DNA from: an uncultured Candidatus Poseidoniales archaeon
GTDB lineage: Archaea; Thermoplasmatota; Poseidoniia; Poseidoniales; CAYMED01
Length of the DNA: 64,000 nt
Direction: 5' to 3'
Assembly: GCA_964389655.1 (NCBI GenBank)
Contig: CAYMED010000005.1
Coordinates: forward strand, 1-64,000
Shown: positions 19,927-28,218 of the stretch, in pieces
How positions within the stretch are numbered: the stretch's first letter is position 1
Layout of the letters: every line of letters begins with the position of its first letter
The notes under the pieces: model-generated
What the model was told of the DNA's origin: nothing
What the model saw: only the letters and a program-made list of their open reading frames with translations
Database searches by the model: none
Program-made: the position numbers and the translations under genes

Positions 19927-20871
19927 TCATCCCATTGGGTGTCGGTTTGCCGCAGAATATCGACCTGTAGCATGATACTCAAGTTGACGCTCGAGATCAG
20001 CCAATAGACTAGAAGCACCGAATCGAAAACGATCCGGCTGCATCGATGCCACACCTAGTTCTTCTTTGATTAGCATCAAGTATCCGAGTGCCTCCTTGGC
20101 TGTCCGGATACCGCCCGCAGGTTTGAACCCGGCGAGGAAACCAGTTCGCTCTTCATGTTCTCTGATAGCACGCAGCATCACGAGAGAAACTGGAAGGGTC
20201 GCATTTGTGCTCTCTTTGCCAGTAGATGTTTTGATCACATCTGAACCTGCAGCAAGACAAACCCGACTTGCCTGAGCTACTTGCCTCAGTGTTGCCAATT
20301 CCCCCGTAGCTAAAATGGCCTTGAGATGTGCTTTTTCGCCACATACTTGGCGGCAAGCACGTACCTCTTCATAGAGGTCCTGCCATCGTCCCTCAAGAAT
20401 CAGAGCGCGTGAAACAACGATGTCAATTTCTGTGGCTCCAACATCAATTGAGAGTTGAATTTGTTCTAATTTTTGAGGTAAAGGAATCTGGCCTGCTGGA
20501 AAACCAGTGGACACAGCGGCGATCGCTATTGGAGCACCTTGAATAGCATCTACTGCAACGGGTACGAGATTGTGATAAACACAAACTGCTGCGCAATGTA
20601 GATCTGTAGGGAGGCCATGTTGTTCAAGTATATCTGATCGTACAGGCTGTCTTGCTTTGGCCACAAGACGGCGAACTGTGCCCGGTGTGTCATCGCCCGC
20701 CAAAGTCGTCAAATCAATGCAGCGTATGGCTTGAGCAAACCATCCTACCTGCCAAGATTTCTTCACACTGCGCCGCTTTGTGATTGTAGTTGCACGACGC
20801 TCTATTGCGGATCGGTTTGCACGAGCCGACATAATCCAGTCGAGGTCCAATTCGCATCCGGGGTTGAGCAT
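19927..20871 (-). CDS. deoC: Deoxyribose-phosphate aldolase (long bacterial/eukaryotic type)
   Basis: IDLTTL, AAVCVY, GFPAGQ, GATEIDIV, IKTSTGK (Schiff-base Lys), GFKPAGGIRT, FRFGASSLL. Confidence 0.96.
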   Translation of the reverse strand: MLNPGCELDLDWIMSARANRSAIERRATTITKRRSVKKSWQVGWFAQAIRCIDLTTLAGDDTPGTVRRLVAKARQPVRSDILEQHGLPTDLHCAAVCVYHNLVPVAVDAIQGAPIAIAAVSTGFPAGQIPLPQKLEQIQLSIDVGATEIDIVVSRALILEGRWQDLYEEVRACRQVCGEKAHLKAILATGELATLRQVAQASRVCLAAGSDVIKTSTGKESTNATLPVSLVMLRAIREHEERTGFLAGFKPAGGIRTAKEALGYLMLIKEELGVASMQPDRFRFGASSLLADLERQLEYHATGRYSAANRHPMG

Positions 20872-20936
20872 GTCTCTCGGCCGAGGTCCGGTCGGTTGCT
20901 CAAGACCCTTTCCGCCTAAAACAAGGCGTACGCTTC

Positions 20937-21512
20937 ATGGACCCCAGCAGGTTCCGCCAGCCGATGTCAGGCGACGAAGTGGACGTCGAAGAGACGTCTG
21001 ATGACGAAGATGCAACAAATGATGTGGAAGAAATTGATCCTCTAACTTCTGCGACTTCACGTGCGGAAAATGCCGAGCGTGAATTGGCATATCGAACTGC
21101 AGAACTTGCCAATGTCCAAAGACGACTAGCAGGTGAACGAGCCGACCTGATTGCATATGGATCGGCAGGGCTCGCACGTCGAATGACGGGTGTTCTTGAG
21201 GATCTAGAGCGGGCTATGGCTGCATTTGATGGGAATTCAGCAGATGCTCTACAGGCGGGTTTTGATCTAGTTCTGAAGAAATTACGGTCTGAGTTGGAAA
21301 GCGAAGGTGTCGTCCGAATTGAAACCGTGGGAAAGGCCTTTGATCCAACACTGCACGAAGCACTGATGATGGTGCCGCCCAATGCTGAAAATCCACCAGG
21401 GACGATTGTAGCTGAAACAGAAGGCGGCTGGAAGATGAAGGCAAGGGTCCTTCGTCCTGCGCGCGTCGTTGTCGCATCAGAACATACGAGTGCATCTGCT
21501 GTTGATGAATGA
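20937..21512 (+). CDS. grpE: Nucleotide exchange factor GrpE
   Basis: AELANVQRR, DLERA, FDPTLHEAL, VLRPARVVV motifs. Confidence 0.93.
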   Translation: MDPSRFRQPMSGDEVDVEETSDDEDATNDVEEIDPLTSATSRAENAERELAYRTAELANVQRRLAGERADLIAYGSAGLARRMTGVLEDLERAMAAFDGNSADALQAGFDLVLKKLRSELESEGVVRIETVGKAFDPTLHEALMMVPPNAENPPGTIVAETEGGWKMKARVLRPARVVVASEHTSASAVDE

Positions 21513-21513
21513 A

Positions 21514-22071
21514 CTATCCTACTGCTTCTGACCCGGGTCCTAAATGGGCTAGGCGAGTCAGATGATCGCCTACGCAGAGCCATTCAATCACCGCAGTTGG
21601 TAAACTAGGTGAGAGAACCTCATACAGAGCCTCTTTCTCTTTTACAGTAGAGAGCATCATCGCGGTCGCGCGTATTCGCCAACCCTGTAGTTGTTCGCGA
21701 TCCATTAGCGCATGCCGGATGACTGGCCATCCTTTTTCTTCATACAATTTTGCAGTGGGCTCATCTGATGTGTGCAATACTCCGGGCCCACCATGCACAT
21801 TTTGAGCGTGCTCGACCCAATTTGGTGGGTCATCAATGTCATCCACGGCCAATATCTCGATATTTGATTCAATTCCCTCTGAACTGGCCCAAGTATGAAT
21901 CATTCCAGCGCGCTCCTCAGCAGTCCAAGGGTTCTCAGGCGTGTGTGATTTATTGGCAGAACCGATCACAATCCGAAGCAGACCACTAGAGCGTCTGAAT
22001 GCTGAATGCAGCAAAGCAACATGGCCCAAGTGAAATGGCTGAAACCGTCCCAATACAATATCTCCAGCCAC
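21514..22071 (-). CDS. nadM: Nicotinamide-nucleotide adenylyltransferase (archaeal NadM type)
   Basis: GRFQPFHLGH HxGH motif, IGSA, NPWTAEER. Confidence 0.85.
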   Translation of the reverse strand: MAGDIVLGRFQPFHLGHVALLHSAFRRSSGLLRIVIGSANKSHTPENPWTAEERAGMIHTWASSEGIESNIEILAVDDIDDPPNWVEHAQNVHGGPGVLHTSDEPTAKLYEEKGWPVIRHALMDREQLQGWRIRATAMMLSTVKEKEALYEVLSPSLPTAVIEWLCVGDHLTRLAHLGPGSEAVG

Positions 22072-22784
22072 TATTCGCCCTCCACTGGAAAAATAACTTT
22101 AGCGAGGGATTGGTAGTTTAACATCCATTGCGATGCGGGCATATGCTCACGCCCAATTAAGAGGCTGTGCTCTTCCATGATAGATTGTCGCAATAGTAGA
22201 TGGAGCCTACGTGCAGCAGATGAATGGCGCTGAACTGTTGGCAAAATCCGTGGATCGCTTGAAGAATCGAGAGATTCTCCAAGAGCCTCTCGGCGTTTCA
22301 TCCAGCTCATGATCACGGACTCATCACAGGCATCAGCAGAAAGGGTTTGAGACCTCTCAACCAAGCGCTTCCAAATCTCAGGAAGATAGAGGTCATCAAC
22401 ATGATCTAGTTCATGATTTAGTAAAGCCTCAACATACAACAAACCACGGCCTTCCCAGCACTCAAATTTTCCAAGACTAACCCAACTTGCGAGGAGACGT
22501 AGTGTTTTAGCAGCCCATTCAAGACCCGTCGATTCAAGGGATGAGCGTATTGCATCAAGAATGGGGAGTTCGAAATCCGCTATTGGGTCAACCGTCTCGA
22601 TATGGTCGAGAAAAAGGGCTTCTTCATCAATGTCAAAGTTCCTCTCAAGACCCGCAATCAGCGCTGGTCGAAGGTTCCGTATACTTCCATCATGGAGTGC
22701 TGAAACAAATGATGACCATGACCTTTTCAAAATGGTATTCCAGTGCTTCTCGTGCACAATTTCCGCGATCAACTCCTCGCCCAT
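22071..22784 (-). CDS. Hypothetical cytoplasmic protein
   Basis: 237-aa ORF whose stop overlaps the nadM start by 1 nt. Confidence 0.72.
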   Translation of the reverse strand: MGEELIAEIVHEKHWNTILKRSWSSFVSALHDGSIRNLRPALIAGLERNFDIDEEALFLDHIETVDPIADFELPILDAIRSSLESTGLEWAAKTLRLLASWVSLGKFECWEGRGLLYVEALLNHELDHVDDLYLPEIWKRLVERSQTLSADACDESVIMSWMKRREALGESLDSSSDPRILPTVQRHSSAARRLHLLLRQSIMEEHSLLIGREHMPASQWMLNYQSLAKVIFPVEGE

Positions 22785-22870
22785 GACCGCACCTTTGCAC
22801 TCCCATGGGCTACTTCTTCATCAACATCTGTGCTGGGTGATTTCACACGTCGGAGTTCTCTTGAACATAT

Positions 22871-23326
22871 TCAATTATTGAACACAAGTTTTACGAATTC
22901 AGAATTGGCTAGAGGGCATCTTGTCATCAGGGATTGTGATAGTATTCTCACGTGTGCTTCTACAACGACATGTGCTGTTGCTTCAAACAGGTGCCCTGCA
23001 AAGCTTTGGCAATCATCATCTCCGATAACAGCATGTATATGTGTAAATGCTATTCCGTCTTCAGCCCTCGCTAAATTTCCTTGTAATGATACTAATTCGG
23101 CAGGTTCGGAGAAAACAGTTCGGTGATATATACCATCATCATCCATCATGCCAATTACAATATCTCTGACTCTTCCAATGCCACTTGTAAGGGCAGCGGC
23201 ATTAAATCCAATTTGGTCGGCTATGGATTGAATGCTTGCATGAATTTCCTCACCTGGGTCGAGTCGCAAAAACAGATCGTCGCCGGATTGACTCCAGTCC
23301 ATGACCAACCGTACCGGATCTAGCAC
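22871..23326 (-). CDS. PPC/DUF296 domain protein
   Basis: LRLDPGEE, ELVSLQGNL, HIHAVIG, AGHL motifs; start probably MDWSQ at 23302. Confidence 0.88.
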   Translation of the reverse strand: MLDPVRLVMDWSQSGDDLFLRLDPGEEIHASIQSIADQIGFNAAALTSGIGRVRDIVIGMMDDDGIYHRTVFSEPAELVSLQGNLARAEDGIAFTHIHAVIGDDDCQSFAGHLFEATAHVVVEAHVRILSQSLMTRCPLANSEFVKLVFNN

Positions 23327-23387
23327 AAGGCTTTGACGCTCAACAGCATGGGCGAGAGTTCAAGCCCTTTGGGAGGTTGCACAACAT

Positions 23388-26300
23388 GTGAGTCGGAGTA
23401 TTGGATTGCTGGTCCTGCTTTTTTTTATCGCTCCAGCAGCCACGATTGCACATGCCTCATCAGGACCAATGATAGGTAGATCAGTTTCCGATTCATCCCT
23501 TAATGGGTGGAGTGAAATTAGAGAACTGAATACTGGGTCATCGTCCAACAATATTGAACCTGTTGGGGTGGTAATGCATGATAATGGCTCAACAACATAC
23601 TTCTGCTCATTCGAGGGGACACTTTCACTTGGAGGGACATCTTCCTCTTCACAATCCTTTGATGCAGCCCTAATTCATGTGAATCAAGCAGGTGCAGTTG
23701 ATTGGTTCAAATTAATTGGTGGCCCAAATTCAGACAAAGCCAGTGCGATTGATTCGAATTCGACTCATGTTGTGATATCAATACAATATTCTGGAAATAT
23801 CTTGCTAGAGAATGGTGATTCACACAGCAGCAATGAACTTTCAGGCCTCCTCATCCGTATCAATATGAATTCGGGACGAGTTGATGGGTCTGCAGGATAT
23901 TGGTTCAACGACACAGATCCATCTTCGAATTCAAATATTGATGCCATAGCGATTAATCCCAATTTAGGCTCAATTATGGTTGGTGGATCATGGTCCTCGG
24001 GCACTCTAGATTTTGGGTTGGCAGGTGACTTTACTTCAACTCCTGGAAGTCCTGTTTGGAAGGAAGGATTCGTAGCCACCCTTTCTAGAGACCTCCAGTG
24101 GTTTTGGTCCTACCCCGCGCGGGGTCCCGATGTTAAAATCACTTCAATGGAGATTGATTCGACAAATTCGGTTACGATAGGGGGCTCTTTTTCCAGCAAT
24201 TTGTCCTTGCGTGGCAGAACACTGACCAGCCAAGGTGGCGTGGATGGTTTTGTCGCTAGCATGACAACGGGTGCTCAAGCGACTTATTTGAGGGGTATTG
24301 GTTCTTCTTCAGATGATGCAGTTACTGATGTTGCAACTGATGATCAGGGATATTCGTATTTTGTAGCATATTTCTGTAAAGGGAATTCAGGAATTTGTGG
24401 TGCAGCAGTTGGTGGGGGTAGCGTAGCAAGTGGAGTTGGAAATACGACACATGCGATCATTCGCCTACAATCTAGTGGGGATGTGGATTGGTCGTCAACT
24501 CTTGAATCAGGTCCTTCGGATACGGGCACAGCCCAACTTGAACCTATGCAATTGGGTGCAGATAGTCATATGATCTTGGCATTGTCTGTTGAGTCCTCGG
24601 TCTCATGGATCAGCCCGGCATCTCGAGTTGACTGGGTTGCTTCAATGACAGGTGACGACCTTGCAGTCCTCATTTTCGAATCTTCATCGGGGGATTTTGT
24701 TGAATACCACAGAACGAATGGAACTGGAGATGAACACCTCGTTGACTTAAGTTCGGGGGATGAGCGAGATCCTGTGCTGTACATTGATGGCACTGGACAA
24801 TTGAATGTGAGTTCACTCGCTTCGATTGCGCTCACAGCAGAACATGTCACGAGTCTCCATCTTTCGATTGATGATTGGGACCACGATTCTGTATTGGATG
24901 ACTCAGATTCTTGTTCCTCAGGTATTTCGAGCTGGAATGCAACCAACATCACAGATCATGATGGAGATGGTTGTCGTGATGCTGATGAGGATCTAGATGA
25001 TGATAACGATGGGATTACTGATCTTGAAGTGGGAGGTGCAGATGCATGTATGAGGGGCATGACCGGTTGGTTATCAAACAATGTAACGGACCTCGATGGC
25101 GATGGTTGCCGAGATGATGATGAGGACCTTGATGACGATGGTGATGGAGTTACTGACGCAATAGATCTTTGTCCACGGGGAAATCACACATGGATCTCAA
25201 GCAAAAGTACCGATAATGATGGGGATGGATGCCGAGATTCAGACCTAGAAGATCTCGACGATGATAATGATGGGTTGACAGACTCACAGGATCTCAAGTG
25301 CCAAACAGATGTCAATTGGACCGCTAATTCTACAACAGACCTCGATGGGGATGGTTGTCGAGATGCAGGTGAGGATAAGGATGACGATAATGACGAAAAA
25401 TCCGATGGAAAGGATTTCTGTGATTGGGACTCTGGTGTGACAAATTCTGATGATAATTGGATTAGCAGTAAATTAACAGACCTTGATGGAGATGGTTGCC
25501 GAGATGCGGGCGAGGATCTGGATGATGATGGCGATGGTCTTTCAGACGCGAATGACACATGTGATCCCGATTCGGGAATGCCTGAATCAATGACTGGATG
25601 GACTTCGTCTCTAGACACGGATCTGGACCAAGACGGTTGCCGAGATTCTGGTGAAGACTTGGACGATGACGATGATGGTGTATTGGATATGGACCCTCAC
25701 AATCCAGGATCTCCCCTTGACCGATGCCCGCGAGGTGATACAAATTGGACTGCATCACCATCGACTGATCATGACCAAGATGGTTGCCAAGATGCAGGAG
25801 AAGATGATGATGATGATGATGATGGCGTTGCAGATGCATTGGATGTTTGTGATCCCGATTCAGGTATGCCCGATTCCCTAATCGCTTGGAATCGAAATGA
25901 GACTACCGATGCAGATGCGGATGGATGTGATGATGCAGTAGAAGACACAGATTGGGATCAAGATGGCGTGATCAATGAAAATGACGATTGTAATGGCACT
26001 GACATTGCAGAAACACCCGATGAAAATGGCTGCTCTCTTGGACAGTTAGATCTCGATGGAGATGGCGTATTTGATGATCTCGATCAATGCCCTTCATCGG
26101 CAGGTGGGGGGGCTGTAGATCTTGATGGATGCAGTGAGCTCGACCTTGATGGGGACCTTGACGGTGTATTGGACCGAATTGACATTTGTCCGAATACAAC
26201 AGCGGGTATTTCTGTAAGCACTCAAACAGGATGCGCTCTAGATGCTGATGGTGATGGAGTTCCTGATACACTTGACTCATGTGCAAATACATTGGTCACA

Positions 26301-26894
26301 ATTAACGCAACAAAAGATGGATGTGATCCCGTCATTGAAAAGAAAGCAGAAAGTTCTGAAGAGGCTGAAATGTCTTCACAAGCGATGCTGCTATTTGGCT
26401 TAGGTGGTGCAGCCGTATTGATCACGATCACCATTGTTTACATCTTGGTATTCCGAGGCGAGGATGACTATGATGATGAAGAATTTGAAGATGAAGAAGA
26501 TGATGAGGTCTCACCACATGAGGGGCCTAGCCAAACCCAATTTTCTAGCCCTTCAACAGGACCTACACCGATCGGTCCTCCAGGTCCGAATGCACCTCTC
26601 GCGAATTCTCAGATACAGTATAGCGGGATGGAAACTCCGGCAGATACTGGATTCGCATCACCTCCCCCCAGTGGCCCATCATCTCCTCCCCCCAGTGGCC
26701 CATCATCCCCTCCACAGCACCAGCAGGTAGTGCAATATGCTCCGCCGCCTCTTGTTGCTCCAGGCCCGCCAACTACGCTTGAAGGTGTGATTCAGCCGGA
26801 TGGATGGGAATATGTGAAGTGGCCAAGTGGGTCGGAAGATTGGTGGATCCGCCCCACAAAAAGTGATTCTTGGAAGCGCTGGGATGATTTGTGA
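23388..26894 (+). CDS. Surface protein: beta-propeller, TSP3-like Asp-rich repeats, TM, Pro-rich linker, Trp-rich tail
   Basis: Signal peptide; propeller blades (DGFVASM, DAALIH..W); repeated DLDGDGCRDxxEDxDDDxDG; TM; PPPSGPSS repeats; DGWEYVKWPSGSEDWWIR tail. Confidence 0.88.
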   Translation: MSRSIGLLVLLFFIAPAATIAHASSGPMIGRSVSDSSLNGWSEIRELNTGSSSNNIEPVGVVMHDNGSTTYFCSFEGTLSLGGTSSSSQSFDAALIHVNQAGAVDWFKLIGGPNSDKASAIDSNSTHVVISIQYSGNILLENGDSHSSNELSGLLIRINMNSGRVDGSAGYWFNDTDPSSNSNIDAIAINPNLGSIMVGGSWSSGTLDFGLAGDFTSTPGSPVWKEGFVATLSRDLQWFWSYPARGPDVKITSMEIDSTNSVTIGGSFSSNLSLRGRTLTSQGGVDGFVASMTTGAQATYLRGIGSSSDDAVTDVATDDQGYSYFVAYFCKGNSGICGAAVGGGSVASGVGNTTHAIIRLQSSGDVDWSSTLESGPSDTGTAQLEPMQLGADSHMILALSVESSVSWISPASRVDWVASMTGDDLAVLIFESSSGDFVEYHRTNGTGDEHLVDLSSGDERDPVLYIDGTGQLNVSSLASIALTAEHVTSLHLSIDDWDHDSVLDDSDSCSSGISSWNATNITDHDGDGCRDADEDLDDDNDGITDLEVGGADACMRGMTGWLSNNVTDLDGDGCRDDDEDLDDDGDGVTDAIDLCPRGNHTWISSKSTDNDGDGCRDSDLEDLDDDNDGLTDSQDLKCQTDVNWTANSTTDLDGDGCRDAGEDKDDDNDEKSDGKDFCDWDSGVTNSDDNWISSKLTDLDGDGCRDAGEDLDDDGDGLSDANDTCDPDSGMPESMTGWTSSLDTDLDQDGCRDSGEDLDDDDDGVLDMDPHNPGSPLDRCPRGDTNWTASPSTDHDQDGCQDAGEDDDDDDDGVADALDVCDPDSGMPDSLIAWNRNETTDADADGCDDAVEDTDWDQDGVINENDDCNGTDIAETPDENGCSLGQLDLDGDGVFDDLDQCPSSAGGGAVDLDGCSELDLDGDLDGVLDRIDICPNTTAGISVSTQTGCALDADGDGVPDTLDSCANTLVTINATKDGCDPVIEKKAESSEEAEMSSQAMLLFGLGGAAVLITITIVYILVFRGEDDYDDEEFEDEEDDEVSPHEGPSQTQFSSPSTGPTPIGPPGPNAPLANSQIQYSGMETPADTGFASPPPSGPSSPPPSGPSSPPQHQQVVQYAPPPLVAPGPPTTLEGVIQPDGWEYVKWPSGSEDWWIRPTKSDSWKRWDDL
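24880..26330 (+). repeat. Intragenic thrombospondin type 3-like Ca-binding repeat array
   Basis: About 8 imperfect units of W..TDxDGDGCRDxxEDxDDDxDG followed by shorter DxDGDGV.D..D.CP units; includes a (GAT)7 run at 25803-25823. Confidence 0.85.
26661..26714 (+). repeat. 24-bp tandem repeat (two copies plus a partial) encoding PPPSGPSS
   Basis: cctccccccagtggcccatcatc[t/c] at 26661 and 26685, partial copy at 26709. Confidence 0.9.
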
Positions 26895-26895
26895 A

Positions 26896-28218
26896 CTAGG
26901 TAGTAATACGACCACATATGAGATCTGATGGAGATGGTTCTTCATCGACAAATGTGAATGCCTCTAATGCTTTTTTCTCATGGCTGGAAGCATCTTTCTC
27001 TGCATGGATTTCGATCAAAGGGTCTCCTTCATTGAGCCAATCTCCAACTTGTGATGACAATACGAGGCCTACACTTGGATTTATGCGGTCATTTGGTGTT
27101 GCCCTTCCCGCTCCCAATGCACCCGCAAGCCGTCCAAGATGAAGCGCATCGATATCACTAACCCAACCATTTCTCGGTGACATGATCATGCGGATGTCCT
27201 GGGCAACTGGGAGTGCAGAAAGCAGTGACTCAGCATCCTCAAATGATGCTCCTTGTGCCGAAATCATCGCAAGAAAACGACTCATTGCCGATCCATCCTC
27301 AATTGATGTTCTAATCTTCTTTACTCCGTGCTCATGATGGTCAGCAATCCCAATTCCTGTAAGAATCTCAGCACCCTGTGCCTGAACAAGTCTTTTCAGA
27401 TCATTGGGCCCTTTCCCAGTTAGGCAATCAATCGTTTCTCGAATTTCAAGTGCATTACCTATGCTAAATCCCACTGGTTGGTCCATCCGCGTCAATAGTG
27501 CTGTAGTGTGTACTCCCAGTCGTGTTGCCGATTTGACCATTGATTCAGCAAGTTCTTTCGCTGCGTTATATTCCTGCATGAAGGCAGCTCTTCCAAATTT
27601 TACATCGAGAACTAGGGCATTGAGACCTTCAGCTATTTTCTTGGATACGATCGATGCGGTGATGAGTGGGATGGATGCGACTGTTGCAGTAACATCTCGA
27701 ATAGCATATAGTCTTCGATCTGCAGGTACGAGTTCGTCGGTCTGGCCCACGATAGCGCAACCTATCTTCAGCACTTGTTGCTGTAAATCAGATACTGAAA
27801 GTTGCGTGGTTAATCCCGGAATTGCCTCAAGTTTGTCGAGTGTACCTCCCGTATGCCCAAGTCCGCGTCCTGAAATCATTGGAATCAGCGCGCCACATGC
27901 TGCGAGTGCAGGGGCTAATGGGAGACTGACTTTGTCACCAACACCACCCGTAGAGTGCTTGTCGGCAACCCGTCCCTTTGCATTTTCAGGCCATTCAAGG
28001 CGGATCCCTGAATCGATCATTTGCTCTGTAAGGTCGGCTGTTTCTCTTGGATCCATTCCTCTAAGCATGATTGCCATTAGCATGGCTCCGAGTTGCTCCC
28101 CTACAATTTCCCCATTCGCAGCACCAATGACGAATGCCTTAATTGATTCAGTTGAGAGAACTTCTCCATCTCGTTTAGCTGCGATCATATCTGGAATGTG
28201 CCATTCAGAGGTGCCCAT
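26896..28218 (-). CDS. deoA: Thymidine/pyrimidine-nucleoside phosphorylase (bacterial/eukaryotic type)
   Basis: DKHSTGGVGDK, SGRGLGHTGGTLDKLE, LYAIRDVTATV, SKKIAEG; likely start MGTSEW at 28218 overlapping the upstream stop (ORF-track start is 28275). Confidence 0.95.
   Translation of the reverse strand: MGTSEWHIPDMIAAKRDGEVLSTESIKAFVIGAANGEIVGEQLGAMLMAIMLRGMDPRETADLTEQMIDSGIRLEWPENAKGRVADKHSTGGVGDKVSLPLAPALAACGALIPMISGRGLGHTGGTLDKLEAIPGLTTQLSVSDLQQQVLKIGCAIVGQTDELVPADRRLYAIRDVTATVASIPLITASIVSKKIAEGLNALVLDVKFGRAAFMQEYNAAKELAESMVKSATRLGVHTTALLTRMDQPVGFSIGNALEIRETIDCLTGKGPNDLKRLVQAQGAEILTGIGIADHHEHGVKKIRTSIEDGSAMSRFLAMISAQGASFEDAESLLSALPVAQDIRMIMSPRNGWVSDIDALHLGRLAGALGAGRATPNDRINPSVGLVLSSQVGDWLNEGDPLIEIHAEKDASSHEKKALEAFTFVDEEPSPSDLICGRITT

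Noticed and set aside
24880-26330. Regularly recurring GATGGxGATGGTTGCCGAGAT DNA motifs resembling a CRISPR array
   Set aside because: Repeats are degenerate at third codon positions and in frame within a CDS encoding TSP3-like repeats; no cas genes
26896-28218. Archaeal AMP phosphorylase (Rubisco nucleoside pathway)
   Set aside because: Lacks the extra N-terminal domain; has the DKHSTGGVGDK / SGRGLGHTGG signature of thymidine phosphorylases
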